Origin: Azolla caroliniana
Taxonomy: Eukaryota; Plantae; Polypodiophyta
Assembly (NCBI GenBank): GCA_043228905.1
Contig: JBHGNT010000015.1
Span: forward strand, 9,672,001 to 9,736,000
Length of the DNA: 64,000 nt
Reading direction: 5' to 3'
Made by a program: the position numbers and the translations under genes. Numbering within the stretch: the first letter of the stretch is position 1; every line of letters begins with the position of its first letter. Shown one piece after another: positions 27,421-39,954 of the stretch. The notes beneath the pieces are model-generated. The model worked only from the letters and a program-made list of their open reading frames with translations, did not search any database and was not told the origin of the DNA.

Positions 27421-28876
27421 TTTCACCGAGAAGCATGAGGACATGTATGCATGCTAATAGCAAAAGCATTGACATCCATCTCATTCACTTGTTGATCAAT
27501 GATCTTCCCTAGCCTCTCTCCAATTGGTGCCAAACAATTATCTTCACTAGAGAATCTTTTACTATTTTGAAGATGTTCCTTTCCACTAACCAAATTTGAT
27601 TGTAGTACGAAGCAACAACAATAGACCCAAAGCTTTAAGTATTGTGGTATATGACACCCAATCATAACTGAAGTAAGAACTATGAAAATGAAAACTGTAA
27701 TTGAAAAAATAAACTTATTACCCCATAATAAAATGGCAAACAAGAGAGCAAATAGTGAAAGCCATATATTCATGATAGAATTTTATATCACAAATTTGAG
27801 TCTATCATCTTAAAAGAGGACTCTAGTTATGAATGACACATGTCCTCTGAGTGGCTTCAATGCATCTCCCCCATGCATCTTCCCAAAGTGACTTTACCAC
27901 TATATCTCTATGTCTTCACATAAGAGAAAGAAAGGCCAAGAGATCACTGGTCCAAGCTCTGTAAGCTGTGATTGTGTTATTATAACAGTTCTACTTAAGA
28001 CCAATGCATTGCAAAATTTAGCATGTGGTAAGATCTTGGAACAGATTCATTTTTGACACATAATGGAACACACAAACTCACAAAGTCGTCATAACAACAA
28101 AGATATCTAGACTTCGCCCAATTTCCATCTCTGATTAATCTATCATCCTTGCTTCCATTATTTATCATGACAATTATTTTGATAAAATGAATGCAAAAAG
28201 CAGCATTTCCAGACAGGCCACCAGCACAGGTTTATAGATTACAACCACTCCAGGAATACTTTCAATAACATGTATGGGCAGTTGATTAGATTCTATTATA
28301 TTACGAATTTGCCAACCATATGTTAACATCAAAACAAAAAAATAATGGTGTGGTTGACAGAGCCGACTGAGTAAAATCACAGAGCAAACAGCTACAGTAT
28401 AATGCAGGGCAAAGTGCTGTATAATAGTAGTTTATTTGCATAATGGTAATACATACAGATAGAACCTCTTCCTGCACCCAAGGCCAATGCATTATGGGCT
28501 ATGCATAGGCTCTTGTTTCAGATATTTACCTTGAACACTAGGTGATGACTGTCACAGGAGTACATTGACATGTTTTCAAAAACGATAATGATTTTCAGCA
28601 ACCACAACGGTTTGTTGTGGTCGCATGTGGTGGTGAGTGCGTGGTGTACATACATATAGATTGCATTTTGTATGAACACCCCACTCACCTTGTGTATGAT
28701 TTTATAAAATAACGTAGACAACTTGCCTCTGCTATGAGAAACCTGGTTCATGAATGCTACAAAAAACGAATCCATATATGTTGCATGATATTTTCTGATA
28801 TGAAAACCTTCGAGGGCTCCCTCCCCCTCCATGACAACATTCCCTCTATTCCTTCAATACACATACATGCATTCGT

Positions 28877-30624
28877 TCATTCCCAGATTAATTTGCCACC
28901 AACATGAAGCTGTGAAGCATTTGATACATAATCTCTCAGTCCCGTATCTTCCACTTCACAAAATTGATGAGCCCAATCAGGGGGTTCTATGGCTTCAGTT
29001 CCTAGGCCTGGAGTTCTATCAAAGCTGTCCAGGTCTTTATTCTTCCCCCAATCTGTAACAAAAGTGGCGGCTCGCCTCACAAACTTGACCTTAAAATCTT
29101 CCCACACTTGGAACTTGTAGTGATGTATGACAGCATCATTTCGGGAGGCTTGTAAGGACACAAATCCTGACTTGAGCTCAAAATGGTGGACTCGGCTGCA
29201 ATAGGAGAGATCCATAGATGAGGGCTTCACAATGGACTTGACTCTTCTGGGATTTCTCATCCGCCATATGTAGTTCCACATTTGGCCACTCTTTGGAAGT
29301 CTTGTTAGGCCAGATGGCCCAAAATTGAAGTTGGAGATCTTGATCTGCCCAAGATCCGCGCCACTTGTAGTATTCTCATAATGCTTCACCATAACATGCA
29401 AGGGATTCCGTTCCTGCTTCTGGTTCAAAACATAAGCCTTGGGAAAGATGAACTCATCCACATCGATAAACGCCACCCATGTACACTCCCGGGAAGCTTT
29501 TATAGCACAATGAGAGAAGCTCGCCTCCTGCGTTTTTAGCCATGGCCATGGGTGCCTACTCACATTGTAGGCTTTCTTATTTAGTTCGTCGATCACATTC
29601 TTAATGTCATCATCACTGTTGTTGTCATAAATGAAGAACTTCTGGATGCCCAGGTGATTGTGGTACATAACCCATTCTTTTAAGAACTTGGCGGCATTCC
29701 ACATGAGTGTGCATGCACAAAGATACAGGTCTTTTGGAGGGTTACCATCATCCGAATGCAACATGCTTTGCCCGGGCTCAAACTTGACTACCGAGGGGAA
29801 TACCTTACCTTTGAGAACAACAGTGATCCGTTTCCCTGCAAGCTCACTAGTCCTGGGAAGTGGAGGAAGCCGACACCTCACGTTCTCCTGGCAGAAGTCA
29901 ACCACTTGAGTCATCGTCTCATCCCCAAACAGACATCCGAGAGCAGCAGGACGAGCACTTCTCTTGCCATGAGAGATGCCTTTGACGAACAGGATAATGT
30001 CACCTTCATTCTCAAGAGACGCCCATCCATACACTATCTTCTTCCAACCAACTTTCCCATATCTGGTAGCACCAGAGCTGCTGCCATTGTTTGCTGCGTC
30101 AATGGCCACAGGTCGGCCATCGATCTCAAAGGTAACAGGGGATCCCATCACTGATTTCCTCCCAACTGCCCCCACATCTGGCGGATGTTCACATCTCACG
30201 AATCCATCTTCCACTGAAAGGGCACGGGTTCGCACCTGACCTCCTGCATACTGATACGAGCATTTAATCCTACTACTTCTTCTCCCATGCCCCCGCACCT
30301 GCCTGCCTCCCTGGATCCCTTCCTCTCCTCCCTGTTCCATCATCATCACATCATCATCATCATCATCATCATCATCACCCAGGGTGGGACCTCCAAATAT
30401 GAGGAGCACAGTGTCATTGAATGTGATGGCACCATGTACTACTACTCGGGAACGAGATTCCTGCTTCTGCAACAGAATAGTAGAAGAAATAGGTCCATTT
30501 GAATGCTTGGCTTGCCTGGAAGATGGTGGAAGAGGCGGTTTTGCGTGCAGGCGTCCACCAACACAGTTCCATGGTCCAGCAGAACAATCTGAAGAAGAAG
30601 AAGAAAAACATGACAAAGTGAATT

Positions 30625-30662
<38 letters not shown>

Positions 30663-30757
30663 TGTATGTATGTATGTATGTATGTACATTGTATGGTTTA
30701 CAGCACATGCCTAGGCTCTTACATCATCCGATGTAGGTCAGGCAGGCCACCAAACAA

Positions 30758-30793
<36 letters not shown>

Positions 30794-31006
30794 GAGTGAG
30801 AGAGAAGTTTATGGTTTGTTTTATGGATGACTATATATACCTTGAGGTGTAAAGCGAGAAGTAGCGAAGAAGAGGAGGAGGAGGAGGAGGGTGAAGAAGA
30901 GGGAGGAGATTCGAAGGCGAGTCGGATGATGGAGGAAGAAGAAGAAGAAGAAGAAGAAGAAGAGGAGGAGGAGGAGGAGAAAAGAGGGGGCCGGTGCGGT
31001 ACACAT
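28877..31006 (-). CDS. Glycosyltransferase family 92 / DUF23 protein; exons 31006-30841 and 30588-28877 (625 aa), type II membrane protein
   Basis: CACTLMWN..FLKEWVMYH..LGIQKFFIYDNNSDD; DVDEF DxD motif; HHYKFQVWEDFKVKF; GT donor at 30840 and polypyrimidine-AG acceptor at 30589 join in phase 1; exon 1 has an ATG and a hydrophobic anchor. Confidence 0.88.
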
Positions 31007-31512
31007 CCTTTCTCTCCCTCTCTCTCTCTCTCTCTCTCATATAGGTCCGTCCCTCCCTCATATACATGCATATACAGTATCGTATATGTACATATAATAC
31101 ACATGTATATGAATGAGAGAGGGAAACGAAATGGAGTAGGAGGTGCACCACCCAATAATCGATATTCTCTGCTCCTCTGCCTCCCAAGGATGGAAGGAAG
31201 GAAGGAAGGAAGGAAGGAGGGAAGGAAACTCAAATTTGACGTTGGAAAGAAGGAAGGGAAGGAGGGACGTTTCTAAAACCAAAACTGGCCTTGGAAGCAA
31301 AATGGCCCTCTCTCGTGGTAGGTAAGTAGTTGTTCGTTTCTTGGAAGCAAATGGGCCTCTCTCTCTCTCTCGATGTATTAATTCGTATAGAGAAGTATAT
31401 GTATGTATATGCATTCAGTATATGTATGTCTTTGAGATTTTGGAGAGTCCATCCTATCCATTCACACTCTTTCTTACTTGCTACTACAACTCTCAAGTGA
31501 GAGAGGGTACCA

Positions 31513-31547
<35 letters not shown>
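30628..31547. repeat. Microsatellite cluster in the GT92 intron, exon 1 and upstream region: (TATG)n, (CA)n, (GAA/GGA)n, (CT)n, (GGAA)n
   Basis: Seen directly. Confidence 0.93.
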
Positions 31548-31550
<3 letters not shown>

Positions 31551-33010
31551 CTTCCCAAGGAAACTGAGTTTCCATCATTAATTTGAATTGGGTTAGTACA
31601 AACGAAGGTACCCATATTTGTGAAATGTAGGAATAATCCATAACGTGCACATTGCAAATGCACGATGTTGCAACCTAATTATTTGTAAATGTATGTAATG
31701 TTGTTGTAGAGACTTATTTGATATTAACAAGTGGTATAAATATTATTGAGCTACGTTCGTGAAGAAAAAGCACAACTATGTCTCATTCTATAGTGTCGAT
31801 CGTACTATATATTTCCAAGCAAAGTTGTTAATAAACACGTGTATAATGAATAGTTATGGCATACCCTCAAAGGAGGAGATTCTCACCTTTTCTCTCAATC
31901 AAGGGTTTGTGTATTATGAAATCCTAGATGTTGCCATTGATTATCCTCCCATTTAATTTGATTATTATATTGTGCACTTTATTTGTGTTTTAGAGAAGTA
32001 GACCTTGAATGAGCTTTCAGCTTTTTTATATTGGTTTCCTATCCATTACCAATGTTTGAGCCATCATTAATAGTTAAAAATTTTATGGATATTTGCAAAC
32101 GTATATACTAATCATCATTAGATCAAGATGTATGACCCACTTCATTTTCAACCAAATGAATTGTCAATAAATCAAATAATTATTTGGTGCTACTACTCTC
32201 AAATAGTTTCAAAGAACCTTTTGTGGATGTCCATGTCTTCATGGTGACTCCTTTTTCATGACCAAACACTTATTGTTGATGCAACCATGAGCTCCTATAA
32301 ACTATGTGAGACTACTACCACTATCCACTATTTCAAAGTTAAAGTCGTGCTAATTGCCACTTGGTCCAAAGTTAACTTCTTATGGTTCACTTTAAAACAA
32401 AGTTTGCCTTCTTGTTCATGCTAGGATCATCTTCTTATTGTACCAAAATTTCTTTGTTGGTTGAGATTTGCAAGTCAATTCAGGCGACCTAGTGTGAACT
32501 CTCCAAGACCAACTATATGTATGTATTTATGATGAACTTAGTTCTTGGAATAAAGTTATTATTTTGAGCTTTCGGGAGTTAGAGAAAGAGAGAACTTCTA
32601 TACACGATCTTTTACCTACTCTTAGGAATAGTCAAGATGACATCTTCAATGGTGCAAATTGTTTTTGAGTGCTTTCTCACTAAGTCTTTGATTGCTACTA
32701 GGTGTGGGACGTCGATCTATCTGCCAATTTTGGACCCTCCCCCTCCCTTTTGTGACACTAACAACACCCTATGCTTACACAATTCCCAAAGTAGAAGGTG
32801 ACAGTCACAAGTGGCAGTGGAACAACAATATAGTGAACAAAGGTATAGTGAAGGCCCTTGATTAGAAGGCTTCCCTCACTCGAAGGAAATCCTCAATTAC
32901 CATGTGGTGCTTGAGGGAATTTCTTGCATGTTCACTTCAATGCAGAAATTAAAAATTCATCGAGATTCCAAATTCTCCCTAAACACTCATACCCTCCCCT
33001 ACCTCCTAAC

Positions 33011-33700
33011 TGTTGGGAAAACATGTCCCTTCGGATGGGAAGAAGAGAACGAACCAAATCGAAGGCACGTGGGTAATTCGGCCGAAGCCGAAATCGAAAT
33101 CGAGAACCGTAACAGAAAATCAATTGAATAGCCAATTCGGAGGCTACATTTGTAAATAGCCATAAATGTTGTATGGGTATATATATACACTGCGGGCAAG
33201 TTGTTAGAGTGTAAGAAAGTGTTGAAACATTATTGTATAGTTAGAGAAGGTAGTTGCCTTTGTAACTGTGAGAGAGTGTGAGAGAGAGTGAGAGTTAGCG
33301 AGTAACTCTACGACCATCAGTTTGACAAAGGAGAGCTTAAGGTTGTTGCCTTGGAGCTACTCATTGTACTTCTCCTATCATAATGATATGTTTGAGTTTG
33401 TGGACTCCATGTGTTTTTTCCCTTTTCAGGTTTTCCACGTTAAATATCAGTGTCCCTGTACTTGTGTTTTTCTGCCTTCTCGTTTTTCCTTGTCTGTGCA
33501 CTGTCTTTCTTGATCTTTGCACCCGAACATTCGAAGTGAAACCAGTTGTGGCCAGTCACGATCCTAACAAGTGGTATCTGAGCGATGGAAGACTCGTTCG
33601 GCAACATGTTCAAGTTAATCAGCTCCAACTATTCACTGTGGAAGTCGAAGATGTGGGACATGCTCGTGTGCAAAGACCTCTGGTTTCCAGTGCAGTACAT
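33011..33700 (+). mobile_element. Copia family F fragment (F2): 5' LTR 33011-33569, PBS-Met, gag start
   Basis: TGTTGGGA...TAACA; PBS TGGTATCTGAGC 33572-33583; MEDSFGNMFKLISSNYSLWKSKM. Confidence 0.85.
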
Positions 33701-33799
33701 CGATCAGGTGCAGACTTTGTGTTGAGAGATGTATAACACATTTCGGAAGTTCAATTGAACTTGATACCAGCCGGTCAGCTGGATGGCGAAGGCTACACA

Positions 33800-35425
33800 T
33801 GTAGTGTGAAATGTTACGTGCAGAACCTATACGAAACACAGAATACCGACAGAGAAAAAACAGGTTTAATGGAGAGCTTAAGACACAATGTACACAGGAG
33901 AGATAGAGAGGAAAAAACACATAGAAAAACTAAATTCGAATAATGTGTGAACTCTGTACATAGGATGTGCTCAGAGAGCACTTTTATACAAGTTCATACG
34001 GACTGTCAGAAGTACTGACACGTACTTCAATGCTCATAACTAAACTCCTACACTAACTCCCAAGTATATTCCCTCGCAGAATATCTATTCAACGGCCTCC
34101 TGGTTTTCGCACCGATCCGGCCTCTTGTTGCGCATTGGTTTACGCACCGATCCGATTCTCGGCTTGCACAGCCGATCCGGCCAATGTTGAGCTTGTATCT
34201 CAACACTCCCCCTCAAGCTCAACTTGAGGCTCTTCCGGTCCTTTGCTCCGGTTTCCCTTGACTTCACACCTCGCTCGCGCTCCTCGACCCGTTCGATTCC
34301 GCGCACCTTGACCCTTACGGTCGGCTTGTCTGCTCGTGCGGCCTTTTCTAGCTCCCTTGTTGTCACGGTGTTGGCGCCTCTTCTGCTGCCCTTTATTCCG
34401 CTTGGCCTTCAGTTGATTCGGCGTCTCTGAATCAAACATCCAAGCCGAATCGGTTGCCTCCGATTCGTCTCTACTTTTGTCCGAATTGGCTGTCTCCAAT
34501 TCGTCCTCAATCTTGGCCTTCTCGCCCTTGTTGGCTTCATCTCCCCCATGTTTGGGTGGCTCCGGCTCTTTCTTTTGGCTGCTGCCCTCTCGTCCGCTTC
34601 CTGAATCTTCTGTGGATCCACCTTCAACTTCTTCAACCGACACTAAATCGAATTCGTCATCCGATTTGATGTCGCAGTCACTTCCGCTCCTTTCCTTGGT
34701 CTTGCAGGACTTTTCTCCCCCCTCAAGTTCGGCACGTCGAGGTGCCGCAACCAAGCGCACCCGAGAATTGCCACAACTTGTCTAGACCAAGGGGCTTGGT
34801 GAAGATGTCGGCATGCTACCGATCCGTCAAAACATACTGAAGTTTGACTTCACCAGAGAGGACATGCTCGTGGACAAAATGGTAGTGCACCTCAATGTGC
34901 TTAGTCCGAGCGTGGAAGACGGGGTTCTTCGCAAGTTGGATGGTTATGAGGTTGTAGCAGTAGATCGTCGTCGGACCGGACACTTCCCCCTATAGATCCT
35001 TAAGTGGCTGCTTCAGCCATATGGCTTCGCACGTTGCGACAACCGCTCCTCGATACTCAACCTCTGTGCTCGACAGTGCAACTGTCAGCTACTTCTTGCT
35101 ATTCCACGTGATCGCAGCGCTCCCAAGGGAGAACGCGAATCCAGATGTGGATCGACGATCGCCAACATTTCTGGCTCAGTCAGCATCTGTATAGCCGACT
35201 AGCTGCGTGGCAGTACCGGTTCGATATAGTAGCCCTCGGTCCTTAGTGCCACTGACGTACTTGAGTATGCATTGCACGCACTGGAGGTGGTCCTCGGTTG
35301 GCCGCGCCATGAACTGACTAATCAAGACGACCGGGTAACTGAGGTCCAGCCGGGTGATAGTCAAGTATATGAGGCTTTCGATAATCTGTCGAAACCTTTT
35401 CGGGTCGTAGAACTTTCCGGAGTCA
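33800..35425 (-). mobile_element. Copia family H 3' fragment (H3): RT end, RNase H, 3' extension and 3' LTR (~33800-34205)
   Basis: LIYLTITRLDLSYPV, GYTDAD; PPT next to LTR; LTR similar to H1 and H4. Confidence 0.85.
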
Positions 35426-36245
35426 GAGGAGAATGGGTCAGATATGCTGACCAAGGTGTTCACGCCCGACAAGCTAGATGCATGCCGGAAGCGAATTGGA
35501 CTAACCAAACATCCCATGCTGGAGTGAAGGGGGAGTTTGTTAGGATTTCGGTCCCTCCGGATGGGATGATGAAGGCCCAGTGAGAACCAGATGATGAAGT
35601 ACCTAGCAACGGAAGACCTGGTGAGAACCGGATGATGAGTACCCAACAACGAAAGACCTGGTGAGAACCGGATGATGAGTACCCGACAACAGAAGACTCG
35701 GTGAGAACCGGATGATGAATACTCCGTAAGGAAGACCCAGTGAGAACCGGATGATGCAGGCCCAGTGAGAACCTCTCACCGGATGAAGGGACATAAATGT
35801 AAATGTCTCTATTGGCCCATTATGGCTATATTTGTAAATAGCTCGAAAGTCATATTAGTATAAATATGACCTAGGGCAAACAAAGGTCGTGGTAGATGAT
35901 GTATAGAGTTATTGGTGTAACTATTGTATAGAGTGTAACAGAGAGAGAGAGAGAGAGCGATACAGAGTGTGTCTCTGCTGTAACCGCCGCCAGGCGAGAG
36001 GTTGAGAGCAAGAGGTCGTTGCCTCTGTGCTCCTTGTTGTACTCCTTGACATAGTGATAGTTTGGAGTCTGTTGGCTCCCATGGTTTTTCCCTCTCAGGG
36101 TTTTCCACGTTAACATACTATGTACTTACTCTCTCTCATATTGTTTGTGTATACGTGCATTTACTTTCTTTGCCCATTTCTTCTGTGGTTGTGATTCTAA
36201 CGAAGTGATGGAAGTCTCAGTTGTGGCTGAGATATATTCCGCACA
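35426..36245 (+). mobile_element. Copia family F 3' end (F3): RNase H tail, PPT and 3' LTR 35538-~36245 with 40-bp tandem repeats (35580-35790)
   Basis: ENGSDMLTK; PPT GAAGGGGGAG 35526-35535; LTR homologous to F1 and F2. Confidence 0.82.
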
Positions 36246-38142
36246 CGCATATTTCGCGACAAGATATGCATGCACTAGCCGGAAGCATTCGAAGAAAAAG
36301 GTAAAGAAAACTTGGTATGCCGATAGAGAAAGAGCCTGTATGGGCTGAAGCAGGCACCTTGGCAATAGTATCGAAAATTCGAATCCTTCATGACCGACAA
36401 TGGGTACTGTCATAATGACACTCACATCATATCAAGATTTGACCCCACGACCTTGTTATATGCATGTCAAATCCTTACCCATTGTATTAATATTCTTATA
36501 TGTATAGTTTTTAGAATAATATTCTATATTACTCTACATTCTAGAATGACCTAGAATATTCTAGAGTGTTCTATACACTAGAACCTTCTAGAATACTCTA
36601 GAAACCTTCTAGATTACTCTACATTCTAGGATAACCTAGAATATTCCAGAGTGTTCTATATTACTTATAAATAGGGATCTATCAGTCATCCCAAAACTAA
36701 ATTGGTTCAACGCCATTCTATAGCACTATGTTGCCTACTCCTTGTAATTCAATAATATTTCCGTTTCAATTCTCTCTCTTTCTTTGTCTTAGCACTATAC
36801 TTCTCTCTCTCTCTCTCTCTCTTGGTGTTAAGCAAGGATGCCCACTCTCACCAACACTATTTGGTCTACGCATTGATGAATTGGAAGAAATGGTTACCAA
36901 GTTTGCAAAGGAAGAATGTGTTGAAGAAGTTGCCATTGGGAATGTTGTGATTATGCTTTTGCTATATGTAGATGATGTAGTGTTTTTTGCAAATACTTTA
37001 GGAGATGCACAAAACCTTATGAAGGCATTGGAAATTTTTTGCATGCATACTAAATTAAGTGTCAATAGCTCTAAAACGAAGATTATGCTTGTGAAGAGCC
37101 AAAAAGAGATAAACCATGCATTATGCACAACAATGAGCTACTTGAATGTGTGGAAAGCTTCAAATATCTTGGCCTTGAAGTTCCTTCAAATCATAAATGG
37201 AATGAATGTGCTACATGCCACCAAGAGGCAGGAAATCAATCGTACTATGCATTTGAGAACACATGCAATCTTGGAGATATTAAGTGTTGGGTCCTCAAGA
37301 AATATCTTTTCGACACTTTGGTGACATCGGTTCTTCTCTATGGGGTGGAAGTATGGGGCGGTAGCATCCCTAAATCTATGTTGAAAGATTTTGAAAATGT
37401 CCAAAAGCATTTTCTTACAAAGTTTCTACAAGTTAAGAAACAAACGCCCTACACCCTCCTCCTCCTTGAGATGGGATCGCTTCCCATTGAGATTATGGCC
37501 ATGGAAAGGGTTGTTGAATACATGCTTAAGGTTCAAAAAAGTCCCTCACATTGACTTCCTAGAATTGCATTGGAAGCAAGAAAAAAGATCCAAAAGACGC
37601 ATAAAAGCAAAATTTTGTGTTCCAGTTGGATGCAAGATATAGAAAAATGGTTTGGTAGATGGGATGCAAGACACTTGCTTCATGATGCATCACTAGATTC
37701 CTCTGTAAATGAGGCCTTTTTGCAATGCCAATGTATCATGACATAGGACAAATGTTGAGGCTCACGCTTCACACATTATACTACACATGTTGCACCTAAT
37801 TACAAAACCATATTCTTTGCGGAACAGGGAAACCGTACATATCGATACATGTTAGAACCCATACCATTATCTTCGATTCGAACAATTGCTTCCATGCAAC
37901 TTAGCTCACATGCATTGCGATGTGAGATAGGGCGTTGGGGCACAAGTTGTTACGGGCATGACCATTTAATATCCCGTGGTGAGAATTTACCGTAGTATTC
38001 TATACATGTGGATAAGTGTGAGGGTTAAACGAGAGTGTAAAGAAGGGGAGGATTACTTTTAATCCTCAGGATTGAGACAACCCATTAGGTCAAGTGTGAA
38101 CTTGCCTGGGGGACTTGGGTATCGCTATAAATAAGAGGCCTA

Positions 38143-39459
38143 CTTGATGGGTTACCTCCTAAACGTAATATAGACCATCATATAGATATTGTACCTGGTG
38201 TTGCACCAATAAGTATACCTTCGTATCGCTTAAGTCGATCCGAAGAAGATGAGGTATCTAAGCAACTCAAGGACTATTTACGAATGGGTTATATACGTTA
38301 TAGTAAATCTCCATGGGGTGCACCAGTTCTCTTGGTAAAAAAGAAAGAGGGCACATGGCGTATGTGTATTAATTACCGACGCTTGAATAAAGTGACGATC
38401 AAGAATTTGTACCCATTGCCCCGGGCTGACGATCTAATTGACCGTCTCCAGGGAGCTCGGTATTTTACGAAACTTGATCTCCGTACTGGCTACCATCAAA
38501 TACGAATAAGTGAGGACGATGTTCCTAAAACGACATTTCGTACGCGCTATGGCCATTACGAGTTTTTGGTTATGCCTTTTGGTTTGATGAATGCGCCGAC
38601 TACTTTTCAACAAGAAATGAATGACATTTTCCGAGAACAACTTGGAAAATTTGTCGTTATTTTCTTGGATGATATTTTAGTTTATAGCCGTACATTAAAA
38701 GAACATGCTAGACATGTCCGCTTTGTTTTACAAACATTGCGTGACAAACAGTTTTATGCAAAGATCTCAAAATGTGAGTTCTTCAAGAAATCAATTACTT
38801 ATCTTGGACATCTCATAACCGAACGAGGAGTTGAAATTGATCCTTCTCGCATTGAGAAAATCAAGCTTTGGCCCACTCTTCGGAATATTGGAGAAGTTCG
38901 ATCATTCCTTGGTTTTGTCGGGTTTTTGCGAAAGTCTCTTCGTAATTACTCCCAATTGACGACGCTGTTTACTGATCTTTTAAAAGGTCAAACGCGTAAG
39001 TCTACAAAACCTATTGTGTGGAATGGTACACTAGACCTCGCCTTTAAGGAACTCAAGGACCTGGTTTGCAAGTCTCCTTCACTTCTTTTACCTGATCCTT
39101 CAAAACCTTTTGAGGTTGAAACCGATGCAAGCGATTATGCTATAGGTGTTGTCTTGTATCAAGACGGTAAACCAATAGCATTCGAGAGTAAGAAACTTGA
39201 TTCTGCTCAATGTCGGTATACCGTTCAAGAAAATGAATTATTTTCAGTTATACATGCGCTCAAAACATGGCACCATTATCTTTATGGAAATCACTTTGTG
39301 GTAACTACGGACCACGAGTCCTTGAAATATTTCTGTGACCAACAAGACTTGAAAGGTCGTAAGGCACGATGGGCTGATCTCATCCAGGACTTTGATTTTT
39401 CCATACGATATCATAAAGGTTCCATGAACACCGTCGCTGATGCACTAAGTCGCATCTGT
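38143..39459 (+). pseudogene. pol: RT-RNase H of element C
   Basis: ORF 38284-39525 (last ~20 aa derive from the inserted B LTR). Confidence 0.9.
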
Positions 39460-39954
39460 TGTCATGATATGGCAAGACTCGAACCCATGACCTTAGGTTA
39501 TATGGGTCGAGCTCTTGACCATTAGACCATCTATTGTAATACGTAGGATATTATTTTCATTTACATTTTATTATAGGAAATTAGTGTATATTCCAGATTT
39601 CTCTGGAACATTCTAGAAGCTTCAGGATTACTCCTGAAAACACTATAAAAGAGGGCACTAGGCATTATGTTGAACCAAATTGGTTCAACGCCAGTCTTAA
39701 GCCTTTTAGCCACCGTTGTATATTCTCTTCATATAATAAATATCTTTCTTATCATCACTCTCTCTCTCTTTCTCTCTGTCTCGCTCACTTCTTCCTTCTC
39801 TCGAAGAAGTTCCACACCTCTCATAGTACTAATCCTTCGTTTAGTACTAATTCCTTCTCTGTCTCAGTACTATTCCTGACAGTTTGAACCAATTTTCCTA
39901 CCTTCTGTCTCTCTCATTTCCTACTAATCTTTTATTCCTCTTTTCTTTCATCCC

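Noticed and set aside
30589-30616. Start of the 579-aa GT92 ORF as given in the track
   Set aside because: It is a TTG inside the intron polypyrimidine tract; the spliced model gives an ATG and a membrane anchor.
33011-36245. F2 5' LTR and F3 3' LTR as one element
   Set aside because: Flanks CTAAC and CGCAT are not a TSD, and the LTR sequences differ substantially.
39460-39529. Functional tRNA genes in LTRs (also 4555-4628 and 44855-44930)
   Set aside because: A and B boxes are present but acceptor and anticodon stems do not pair; reported as a tRNA-derived promoter module instead.
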